In this document: positions 27,201 through 34,124 of the stretch, piece by piece
How positions within the stretch are numbered: the first letter of the stretch is position 1
How the letters are laid out: each line of letters starts with the position of its first letter
Source of the DNA: Candidatus Thorarchaeota archaeon
GTDB taxonomy: Archaea; Asgardarchaeota; Thorarchaeia; Thorarchaeales; Thorarchaeaceae
Length of the DNA stretch: 34,124 nt
NCBI GenBank assembly: GCA_016840855.1
Contig: JAEORO010000116.1
Span: forward strand, 1-34,124
Reading direction: 5' to 3'
Program-made: the position numbers and the translations under genes
Notes under the pieces: generated by a model
Databases searched by the model: none
Seen by the model: the letters and a program-made list of their open reading frames with translations, nothing else
Told to the model about the DNA's origin: nothing

Positions 27201-30200
27201 ACAAGCGATGAATCCTTTCCAATAATATCTAGAGTAGTGTTATCCTGATAGTATAGGATGGTAGTAATTGGTGAGGAATATGGTACAGAGGTGACCGGCT
27301 CAGACGATGTTATTGTTGACCTGTACCTGATTGTGAATGAACGGGTGTCTACTCTGCTCACATAGTAGAATTGTGTTGAAGTTATATTGACAATAATATT
27401 GTATGTTCCAGGATTTGTTTTGTAAGTGGTATTGAGCACAACATTGTATGCTCCTGAACCAATCTCATAGACTGTATAATAGACAGATGGGAGTAGTGAT
27501 GCTCCATCGTATAGTGTGATAGTAGCCCCTTCTATCCCTGCTGCTGTTTCTGCGACATCGGTCCAAGTGACACTGAATGTGACATTGTCAAGATACTGTG
27601 TGGGAGATGGTGTCTGATAATCCAAGACTGTCTGACGTGCTATGACTCTTACTGAAATAGCACGACCTGTTTGATTTGCATAGAAGGGAGTTCCTTCCCA
27701 TCTAACATCCAAGGTGAAACCTTGTGTTCCAAGTGCGCCAAATTGGGAAGTATCAAATGAAACAGTGAAGGTCTTGGTAGGATCATAATATGTGATGGAG
27801 TAGTCACTCAGACTGATAGTAATAGTAAGTTTGGCATCATTTGCAATCGGTACATTGAGCGCCCCTGTCACATCATCAAAAGTAAATGAAAATGTGGCAT
27901 TCACACCATATGCAGTCTGAATTGGAGGACTAATTGAAACCAAGGTGTCACGTGGGAGTATCCTAACTGAGATTGTGTCTGTTCTATTGCTATAGAATGG
28001 TTCCACTCCCTTAGCCCAGTTGATATAGACCTTCATGTAGATTAATCCAGTCTTTCCAAACAAGTCCGTGTTGAATCTGATAGAGTATTTTCCACGGTCT
28101 GTAACTGGGTTGACTTCCCAAATCTCGACCTGGTTGAGATCTACGGTTTCTCCTACGAATTCAACAAAAATATACACATGACCTGTTATGTTGGCTATTC
28201 CCGTACCATTAACAGCTGAGTAGAACAAAGTGTATGTCATGTTCTCGAGGTATGGTGTTGGCTCTGCGGTCACAACAAGTGTAAGTCTAGAATCTTCACC
28301 GAGGATGTTGGCTGCTGCGAACAGGTAGCTATCCTTGTACGTACTAACTGGTCCCGTCCAGTTGAAATAAATCGTGAAGTTCTGAAGTCCTAATCCGCCA
28401 AACTGCTGTGCTGGAACAATTATTGTGTAATATCCTGGTTGCCCAGTGACATTGAATAGGTAGGATATGACATTGACTGTCCCATTCCATACTCTGTGGC
28501 TAACATATTGAGACGCAATTCCTTCACCACTATCAATGTCGCCAAAGAATAGCGATATACTGATGTTGCTAGTGTAACTAACTGGTTCAATGGCACTGAC
28601 CAATCTAAAATCTGTATTATGAGTTCTAATTGTGATGGAGATGTTGAATAGACCAAATTGATAGTTTTCACCTTTACTAAAGTTGAATGAAACAACAAAG
28701 TTCTGACGAAGTTCATCATCATCAAATGTGATGAAAGTTACTCGATATCTCTCCTGAGCTGGTATGTATGTGATTGTCACTGAATGAATCCAAGTTGATG
28801 CAGCTAAGAATGGTGCTTCATCTGTTACTGGTAAATCATGATCGATGTCCCAGTACTCAACGTAAAATACAGGATCATCGCCAACTGGAATGTCCAAAGC
28901 GCCAACAGAAGGTATAGCGTAGGTGAAGGCTATACGAATCACCACTTTGAAGGAAATTGTCTGAGGTTCATACCCTACCTGATCTGCGGTAAGTTGGTAC
29001 AGATGTTCACCTTTTGCTAGACCACTTACATCAACCGTGACCTGATAGACGCCACTTCCAAGGTTTTGTTGATTATAGATTGTTATTCCTATTGCAGTGA
29101 TAATTGCGCCTTCTATACCTTGGTTTCTATCAATATCTAAGAAGGTCAAGGTAACGTCAAAATCGGTGTTGTATGGTGTCACTGCAGCTCTATCTGGCGA
29201 TGACAGTTCACTCCTTGCAGGTCTGTACTCGAAGATGAGAATCATGTGCGACTCCGCATATCGATTGTCAGCTGGAGTGACAGTAATGAAGATCGTATAG
29301 TCTCCTTCAGGGAAGTAGGAAGCATCGATTGTGATGTTATATCGTCCATTCGTCAGATCATGGAATTCTTTGATAGGAATAATGTGAGTAGTGTTCGCGA
29401 TTGAGAATTCTCCTTGAAGCAAACCTGTGATTGGATCTCCATATAGACTGCCTTGCTCACTTACATTCACTGTCACAATAACTTGGAAGTCATCTCCTGT
29501 CGGATACCGATAGTCTCCTGGTTCATTGATTATGTGAGTGGTTACTGACCTAATTGTAATTGTGAATACATAGTCTACTGGATCTTCATAGTTGCCTGTC
29601 ATTACTAGGGATAGTGTCACTGATACATCCTCAACTAACCAAGTACTCGTACCCAAACTATATAGCAAATCTGAAGGACTAGATTCCCCTTCAGAACCGT
29701 AGCTTGAGCTGAAGCTGAAGCTAGAAACATCAGTTGCACTAAGCGTAATTCCAGAATCTAGGTCAGTTATCACAATTGTGAGTTGTGTAAGGTTACCATA
29801 TGGTGTTTCCAAATTCCCTTTGATTGTGACAGAAGTATAGTGGTTTCTAATTTCAATATCAAAGACATAGTTAGAGGGATTATAGAAGTTTCCAGTCATC
29901 ACCACCGAGAGGGTGACTGTTTCAGTTCCAACCGCCCAAGTGCTTGTATCCAACACCACAATCAAATCTGTAGGGTTGGTTTCTTGAGTGTCCCCATAAC
30001 TTGCTGGATTGAGGATGAACCCAGACACATCGGATGCAGTCAGAGTATCTCCTGTATCGCTATCTCTAATTACTATCGTAAGAGTGGTCATCTCTCCATA
30101 TGGCGTAATCAAGTCACCAATCACTGTGACTGACGTGTAGTGATTACGAATCTGGATGTTGAACTGGTAGTTGTCAGGATTATTATAGTTCCCATTCATC

Positions 30201-33200
30201 ACCACCGAGAGGGTAACTGTTTCGGTTCCTACAGCCCACGCGCTTGTATCCAAGTCAACGATGAGGTCTGTTGGGCTCGACTCAGGATGGTCTGAGTAGC
30301 TTGCTGGATTAAGGAGGAAACTTGACACATCAGACGCGGAAAGAGAATCGCCAGTGTCTGTGTCGCGAATGATAATAGTTAGTTGCGTAGATTGACCATA
30401 GGGTGTGATGAAGTCACCGACCACAGTGACAGATGTATAGTGATTCCTAATTTGGATATCAAATTGGTAGTTGGTAGGATTGTTGTAGTTCCCACTCATC
30501 ACCACTGAGAGGGTGACTGTTTCTGTAGCAACGCTCCATAAACTAGTATCAAGTATGAAATCAAGATCACTTGGACTTGGATCGCTCTGCGAGCCATAGG
30601 TACTTGGTGTGAAAGTGAAACTTGAAACCGATGTGGATGTTAATGTCAATCCTGTATCCAAGTCAGTAATAACAAGAGTAAGAGGTGTTGATTGACCATA
30701 GGGTGTGATTAAGTCACCAATCACAGTGACTGACGTGTAGTGATTGCGAATCTGGATGTCAAACTGGTAGTTGACTGGATTATTGTAATTTCCACTCATT
30801 ACCACTGAGAGGGTAACTGTTTCAGTTCCTACAGCCCACGCGCTTGTATCCAAGTCAACGATGAGGTCTGTTGGGCTCGACTCAGGATGGTCTGAGTAGC
30901 TTGCTGGATTAAGGAGGAAACTCGACACATCAGATGCACTGAGCATAGTATCTGTATCTGTGTCAACAATTACTATTGTTAGAAACGTAGTAGTTCCATA
31001 GGGACTAATTAAATCTCCAATTACAGTGACAGATGTATAGTGGTTTCTAATTTGAATGTCAAACAGGTAGTTTAGTGGATTATGGTAAATTCCACTCATC
31101 GAAACCGAAAGTGTCACAGGTTCTGTCCCAACATCCCATCCACCAGTTGTAAGTGATACAGCAAAATCAGTTGGATTTGTTTCACTTATTGGGGAGTAGC
31201 TTGAAGTAAAGCTCCATGAATTAACATTGCTTGTAGTTGCTAATGCTAGTCCTGTGTCTGTGTCAACTATGATGACAGTCACAGGAGTTGGGTCACCATA
31301 TGGTGTAACTAGGTCGCTGACGACTGAAACTGATGTAAAGTGTTTTCGAAGTGTGAAAGTTATCGTGACAGTACTCTCTTCTAAATAGGAGCCTGCTTTA
31401 GTAGCTTTGAAAACAAATACATGATCTCCATAGCTTAGTCCTCCAGTGTTCAACGAGATATTATATCGTCCTGCTCCTTCTGCAACGACATTTACAAGGG
31501 TACCATTCTCAAATGCGATGGTTGCACCTGTTATTGGTACTCCATTATAGCTATCTTCGAAGATCAATGTCGCCGTAAAGTCAAAACCTACTGGTGTGGT
31601 ATCTACATCGGTGAAATCAAGTTCTGTTGTATGATACAATTCCAAGTCGAAGTAATCTGTTGCATTATTGTAGTATTGATGATATGAGTTGATGTTGATT
31701 CTATACTTTCCAGCAACATCTAAATCAGAAGTGTTGACTGATTTTCCATACCTGCCATTTCCTATATCGTTGAGAGTTAATTCAGTTGGCGTACCAGATA
31801 CTGACCAATTCATCTTGACAACAGCGCCTGCTATCTTGTTTGAATTTGCATCATCAGTCAGTTCCATCTCAATGTACAGGATCTCTCCAGCTACACCATA
31901 AGCTGTCTTGTCACCTACAGCATCTGCTGGATTGATAATTGTGAGCGAACTATCATGTTTTACTATGAAGTTTCTTTCAAAGAGTCCTGTCCCGTAAGAA
32001 ACTGTGCTTCCGGTGTCATTATAGTATACGGATGCTGTCCAAAGTCCTGCGGGAGCGGTAGAATCAATTATCTTTGATAATGTATGTTGAGGTGAAGTTC
32101 TTGACTCCTCTGTTCCTCTACCAATAAATGCGCCAATGTTAGCAACATTATCATACTCGACAGCGTACCATCCTACAGCTCTTGGGGTAGTAGCAATCCT
32201 CAACTCATCAACTCTACCAGTATGGAATGCCTGCGCAGTTGGAAATTCAGAGGTGTCAACATACCCACCACCAATTCCCCAGTTTCCATTAAAAGCCATA
32301 TTTATTGATGCCGCGCCTCCTGAAGAACCTGCATCAGTATTATCTGCGCCATTGATGTATATCTTGTTGTTTGATGGTGTATCTGCATCCATCACACAGG
32401 CGAAGTGATACCAACCAGCCGCCCAACTTACTCGAGTTGTCCATTTCACCCATTCTTGACCATTGATTTCAAATCCAAAAACTAGACCTCCTGCTGAAGT
32501 AAAACCCGTTTCAGTATAGTCTGACCCTGTTAACGCAATGTGGAAGTTGTAATCTCCATCAAGATATTTTGCTGCAAGTACTCTTGAGGGTGATGATGTA
32601 GCACTCCAAGTGCTAGCAATATAGAACCAACCAGAGATTGTGACATCACCTGTTGGATTAAGATTTTGAGTAGAATTGATTTCTATCCAATCATTTCCAT
32701 CAAAATTCTGACCATATCCATTTACAATGCCAGTTGTTCGGGAGTTACCAAACTGGTTTCCGATATATCCGTTAGATGTTGAGTCGAAGTGAAGCCCACT
32801 TGAACCTTCATCTGTCACATCCTCATTAAGCAGCCAGACTGCCTCATACCCATCTGACCAGAGTGTTTCTGGAGATTCAGTTGACCCAATAACCGGGTTT
32901 CCATAATATAGCAAAAGTGTATTGTCGACAGAGCTAGAAAGATTTGCTTGGACCCATGCTACTAATCTACCTGTGCTTTGATCGAATCGATCAATCTCAT
33001 GTGCCAAAACTTTACCATTTTGAACAAAGACAAAGTCATCCCCGTCAGCTTGTACCTTTGTTTGAAAATCAGTATCTGCAAAACTAACCAATAATGGGAA
33101 GTTTGAAACAGTATAATCAACTTGCGCTGCAGGTATTGTGAGTTGCATGCGATAGGCAAATGATGGAATGTCCCATGTTGTTCCAGGAACTCCTGTTGTT

Positions 33201-34123
33201 ACATAATTAGTGTACCAGATGCTGTTATCCGGAGCTGTCAACACGAGACCAGTACGTGCATTCTCTATCCATGGTGATGAAATGTTAAACTCAGCATTAT
33301 CATCGACATTGAATGTGTATGTTTCATAATTTGATTGACCACTTGGTCCCAGTTTCAAATCATAGACATAGTTCCAGCTATTGAACCCGATAGTCCAGAC
33401 TCCCCAAATATCTACAGCATCAGAATAGATAACTACACTACCATCATGAAATGTCCAGTCCGTTCCATACGTCTTTACTTGGCCAATTGGGTTCGTGACT
33501 GTAATCGGCTTCCACTCAGTCAGCGGATAGCCAATTCTTACGTTGAGCGATTCGGCATCCACAGGTGGTGAAACTAGAACATTTGCAGTCCATTCAACAA
33601 CAGTGTCATTCGCTACATAAAATGAGGTTCCTTCCTCCATATTCTCATCGAGACTTTGTCCTCCACCAACAATATCCATAGTTACAATTGGGAATATCGA
33701 AACCGGGATGGGTGATGTGGTGCTGAATCTTACAGTTGTTGATTCTGCATCTGTCCAAGTACTCTGTATTGCTCTCTCGGTTCCCACGCTCACAAATGAT
33801 GCTGGATTTGCTTGGTTATTGTATTCTGTCTCAATCCAAGCAAAGCTCCGAATACTCCGAGTTAATCGAATCTCATCAAGCATTCCGTCGAAGAATCTCT
33901 CATTCGAAGCATCTGTTGCCATGTTATTGTTTGCTATCACAAAGACGTCATTACTATCATAGAGATTGGTCCCTGTCCGAGAGACTTGTATAACTGGTAA
34001 CGCATTCATATAGCCTACAACATTAAGGTCGGAAGTGGAGGTAGAGGCATACCAACTCCATGAAATGTACTGCCAACTACCTAGAGAGAATGATGTATTC
34101 GCATTCGTCGTAATCCCACCATA
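21284..34123 (-). CDS. giant single-pass cell-surface protein (LamG, DUF2341, many Ig-like repeats, TM, cytoplasmic tail); 5' end outside the window
   Basis: The frame stays open from the window edge (YGGITTNAN...VGYM) into the 4241 aa ORF. LamG motifs FDGMLDEIRL and GRVDELRIA, DUF2341-like FAYRMQLTI..NFPLLV..HEID..LYYGN, TM at about 22000-22065, ~235 aa cytoplasmic tail. Confidence 0.9.
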   Translation of the reverse strand, partial: YGGITTNANTSFSLGSWQYISWSWYASTSTSDLNVVGYMNALPVIQVSRTGTNLYDSNDVFVIANNNMATDASNERFFDGMLDEIRLTRSIRSFAWIETEYNNQANPASFVSVGTERAIQSTWTDAESTTVRFSTTSPIPVSIFPIVTMDIVGGGQSLDENMEEGTSFYVANDTVVEWTANVLVSPPVDAESLNVRIGYPLTEWKPITVTNPIGQVKTYGTDWTFHDGSVVIYSDAVDIWGVWTIGFNSWNYVYDLKLGPSGQSNYETYTFNVDDNAEFNISSPWIENARTGLVLTAPDNSIWYTNYVTTGVPGTTWDIPSFAYRMQLTIPAAQVDYTVSNFPLLVSFADTDFQTKVQADGDDFVFVQNGKVLAHEIDRFDQSTGRLVAWVQANLSSSVDNTLLLYYGNPVIGSTESPETLWSDGYEAVWLLNEDVTDEGSSGLHFDSTSNGYIGNQFGNSRTTGIVNGYGQNFDGNDWIEINSTQNLNPTGDVTISGWFYIASTWSATSSPSRVLAAKYLDGDYNFHIALTGSDYTETGFTSAGGLVFGFEINGQEWVKWTTRVSWAAGWYHFACVMDADTPSNNKIYINGADNTDAGSSGGAASINMAFNGNWGIGGGYVDTSEFPTAQAFHTGRVDELRIATTPRAVGWYAVEYDNVANIGAFIGRGTEESRTSPQHTLSKIIDSTAPAGLWTASVYYNDTGSTVSYGTGLFERNFIVKHDSSLTIINPADAVGDKTAYGVAGEILYIEMELTDDANSNKIAGAVVKMNWSVSGTPTELTLNDIGNGRYGKSVNTSDLDVAGKYRININSYHQYYNNATDYFDLELYHTTELDFTDVDTTPVGFDFTATLIFEDSYNGVPITGATIAFENGTLVNVVAEGAGRYNISLNTGGLSYGDHVFVFKATKAGSYLEESTVTITFTLRKHFTSVSVVSDLVTPYGDPTPVTVIIVDTDTGLALATTSNVNSWSFTSSYSPISETNPTDFAVSLTTGGWDVGTEPVTLSVSMSGIYHNPLNYLFDIQIRNHYTSVTVIGDLISPYGTTTFLTIVIVDTDTDTMLSASDVSSFLLNPASYSDHPESSPTDLIVDLDTSAWAVGTETVTLSVVMSGNYNNPVNYQFDIQIRNHYTSVTVIGDLITPYGQSTPLTLVITDLDTGLTLTSTSVSSFTFTPSTYGSQSDPSPSDLDFILDTSLWSVATETVTLSVVMSGNYNNPTNYQFDIQIRNHYTSVTVVGDFITPYGQSTQLTIIIRDTDTGDSLSASDVSSFLLNPASYSDHPESSPTDLIVDLDTSAWAVGTETVTLSVVMNGNYNNPDNYQFNIQIRNHYTSVTVIGDLITPYGEMTTLTIVIRDSDTGDTLTASDVSGFILNPASYGDTQETNPTDLIVVLDTSTWAVGTETVTLSVVMTGNFYNPSNYVFDIEIRNHYTSVTIKGNLETPYGNLTQLTIVITDLDSGITLSATDVSSFSFSSSYGSEGESSPSDLLYSLGTSTWLVEDVSVTLSLVMTGNYEDPVDYVFTITIRSVTTHIINEPGDYRYPTGDDFQVIVTVNVSEQGSLYGDPITGLLQGEFSIANTTHIIPIKEFHDLTNGRYNITIDASYFPEGDYTIFITVTPADNRYAESHMILIFEYRPARSELSSPDRAAVTPYNTDFDVTLTFLDIDRNQGIEGAIITAIGITIYNQQNLGSGVYQVTVDVSGLAKGEHLYQLTADQVGYEPQTISFKVVIRIAFTYAIPSVGALDIPVGDDPVFYVEYWDIDHDLPVTDEAPFLAASTWIHSVTITYIPAQERYRVTFITFDDDELRQNFVVSFNFSKGENYQFGLFNISITIRTHNTDFRLVSAIEPVSYTSNISISLFFGDIDSGEGIASQYVSHRVWNGTVNVISYLFNVTGQPGYYTIIVPAQQFGGLGLQNFTIYFNWTGPVSTYKDSYLFAAANILGEDSRLTLVVTAEPTPYLENMTYTLFYSAVNGTGIANITGHVYIFVEFVGETVDLNQVEIWEVNPVTDRGKYSIRFNTDLFGKTGLIYMKVYINWAKGVEPFYSNRTDTISVRILPRDTLVSISPPIQTAYGVNATFSFTFDDVTGALNVPIANDAKLTITISLSDYSITYYDPTKTFTVSFDTSQFGALGTQGFTLDVRWEGTPFYANQTGRAISVRVIARQTVLDYQTPSPTQYLDNVTFSVTWTDVAETAAGIEGATITLYDGASLLPSVYYTVYEIGSGAYNVVLNTTYKTNPGTYNIIVNITSTQFYYVSRVDTRSFTIRYRSTITSSEPVTSVPYSSPITTILYYQDNTTLDIIGKDSSLVAFEILNGSSWIYVIDWNPSMGYYELTVETSNQLSLAIGSVYSLHINMSYAFSTPFYKFDDAYITFEIRSRASSLERQEAPVPTPYLNNVSFTVYYSDADDLSPITSANIFILKGVTPLVYGTDYFYSHVGGGVFEVIVQTTALDGIGVTTVTVQVEWIGGAPFHDDADIDIDLSVTRRPTNVEVITPPVQTPYLENVSFTVSFIDIETGQELQATKDLVTIYNDLIMLNPSEFSMTQIGAGYTYEISISSTVLSDGLVKNRIISVQIDWPDSPNYYKDDSSSTKATTIARSTYVSVDRPLNTPYGENATFTFSFVDSTTLPEVLVVFSSEMSILTNLTESPSLSYDVASHIFTMSFNTAQFGDVGLAIFYINVTWAGSPYYANKTLQLVYFTITMRQTQVNFDAPAPTPYGDFVTFDVSYIDISGVTEVGIPDATLSIYYLGVQIPGAYYTLTPDGLGNFEISLDTGYFSVPGFYNLNVSIVYTGGYFRNDASAVRTLNVRFRTTILSANPVGQVGYETQIDITLAYQDILTLANIDDTFTSFSILNDTGTPWVYTITWRPATSDYLVVITTIGQTTLTLGDHALWLNMSYAYVDPFYRWDDVYVHFTIRTRTSALDLQEAAIPAPFGENASFVVYYWDADVTAGISGADFILNSGVLTLDVNFFVVEDEPGVYTIYIDSSALGSLGTHSINVTAVWPGGAPYHNNAQRLVSVKSIERTASVDILEPANQPRYLDNMTFTFAYVDAISGLQISGIASNYVLIYSNGTLLASNQYVLTPVGSIFIVSINSTVLSTKLVKDFNITVFVNWPVTTSPFYTDDGTSMKVSTTQRIILVEPQQIETTPVKDRMNITFFLTDEDNDNPVSGAIIIFRCVNPVRILSEGSEYTLIESLPGKYTISIDTNALVFGPSDIGNFVFELEVQWNQANAPYYKNRSPIKLNGGVDLIWSNMQAGVPTPSSVQITGNVTVEVTLTDLDHDQGVNLPISVFEVHYYGTSIVPSPMTIQYLGLGVYSIEFSTGDLNEFGSHSLNITIDYYPYTTMSVNPSFTVERISTSLVPIGESEIALNWTEQVRIVVDYRDLLNLNSTSGAIVTWTYGPFSGNFSEIIPAGTYEAYIDTSLQDSGTRVVQVRAEKDKYKIAATTFTLIVLSLPSELVIDSPELAFEHPRGDPIDVVVYLTDEYNGGIMIESGISEVYLMFLGKRYDLIQNSTDYTWYTTLLPDATATLQPGIIYSARVIASATNYDPASAVFKMDLQATSTTIYLVTPTMTRMDAVYNNMTTFYLNFTESESGLTINNATIEWIDSAFEINETFTFNPISGLWELTFNTSKMAFGTWGVTFHGIPDDSNLAEDYVDLAITIRKIKTEVVSPIPSVIYWGWIGNLTFYYHDIDFDKGINNATAQYQWGPFSGDAIDLGNGYYSILINTTYLETGIRYPVTIDFDKLNYQVSTGSISLIIEEVPTELTLSTPTDNQIDNHTDDLEIPFGDAILISFFYNDTDDSDGYVGGLVEAAVTVIVYGGGIVSSITFDAMDFGNGTYYFVFDSTADELFELQPGVPRALPNSPFFIRISVDLRNRQSHSDIPITITVIERPTVLEFSSDNIIDGTISMYYGETIDVYVYYYESWLNVPGEGITNAKFTVTSERALVQIVSNRSTTDPGVYVLTIRVDAPLVPVGIDTQYVDLTITLSLDNYEQKELELSVTIIPTEEQKTMGTVISYATPLLFLVFLIGVLWTRYFSIPKRLRQINSQIKALQKGKIPKPITDSKTRQQLVADLFNDTFQKLAITRVSTDMPEASVPIEIPEIRELLIQLSILTNLSPEELDEFNADISKMKMSEQAAFVKEVIMQEAIRAARSRGKTVEEILEEVAIEASRRVSAPEEVEEISEAEKEAPEDRIFLVEEEAKEPEVTIETPEVEEKQLGEKLSQFELQELKADLLKKGVPLHEIDMIIEQASRLPRELVDELIKSLGIED
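29550..31350 (-). repeat. six ~300-bp (100 aa) tandem Ig-like repeat units within the giant gene
   Basis: RNHYTSVTVIGDLITPYG...DTSxWxVGTETVTLSVVMxGNYxNP recurs every 300 nt. 30225-30322 is identical to 30825-30922. Confidence 0.92.
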
Positions 34124-34124
34124 A

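Noticed and set aside
30225-30922. Near-identical repeat pair as a DGR template/variable region
   Set aside because: Both copies are in-frame parts of a tandem domain array, the differences are not an adenine-specific pattern, and no reverse transcriptase is present in the window.
21666-33993. Numerous 60-116 aa ORFs overlapping the giant gene
   Set aside because: These are antisense or alternative-frame ORFs expected by chance within a 12.8-kb coding region, and none has a recognisable motif.
34007-34009. ATG at 34009 as the start of the giant protein
   Set aside because: The frame is open to the window edge, the Met falls mid-LamG domain and there is no signal peptide, so the true start is outside the window.

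Overview
AT-rich (roughly 40% GC by eye), gene-dense archaeal chromosomal window. The gene content strongly suggests an Asgard archaeon, possibly Thorarchaeia (inference): archaeal GluRS, ThiI, AlaX, an HMf-type histone, eS25 and several eukaryotic-signature proteins. Housekeeping genes (M20 hydrolase, alaX, glmU-like, rps25e, gltX, alkaline phosphatase, GNAT, thiI, histone, DUF2334 deacetylase) surround a divergent membrane-trafficking-like locus at 6.2-12.5 kb. On the minus strand this locus has a Zn-finger protein, a uDENN/longin plus winged-helix protein, a longin-Arf-like GTPase fusion and a coiled-coil/SHOCT-like protein. On the plus strand it has a coiled-coil + Ig-like + ESCRT-II (Vps22/36, EAP30) fusion and a membrane hydrolase. 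The last 12.8 kb is the 3' part of a giant (>4279 aa) single-pass surface protein (LamG, DUF2341, Ig-like repeats, TM, cytoplasmic tail) that runs off the window. Its juxtamembrane cytoplasmic motif recurs in a tiny ectodomain-less membrane protein at 1736-2260. eS25 appears to start at a non-canonical ATC/ATT codon and carries a long Lys-rich repeat tail. A collapsed hydantoinase A/B remnant is also present. No rRNA, tRNA, CRISPR array or transposase was recognised. All domain calls come from motif recognition by eye, not from database searches.
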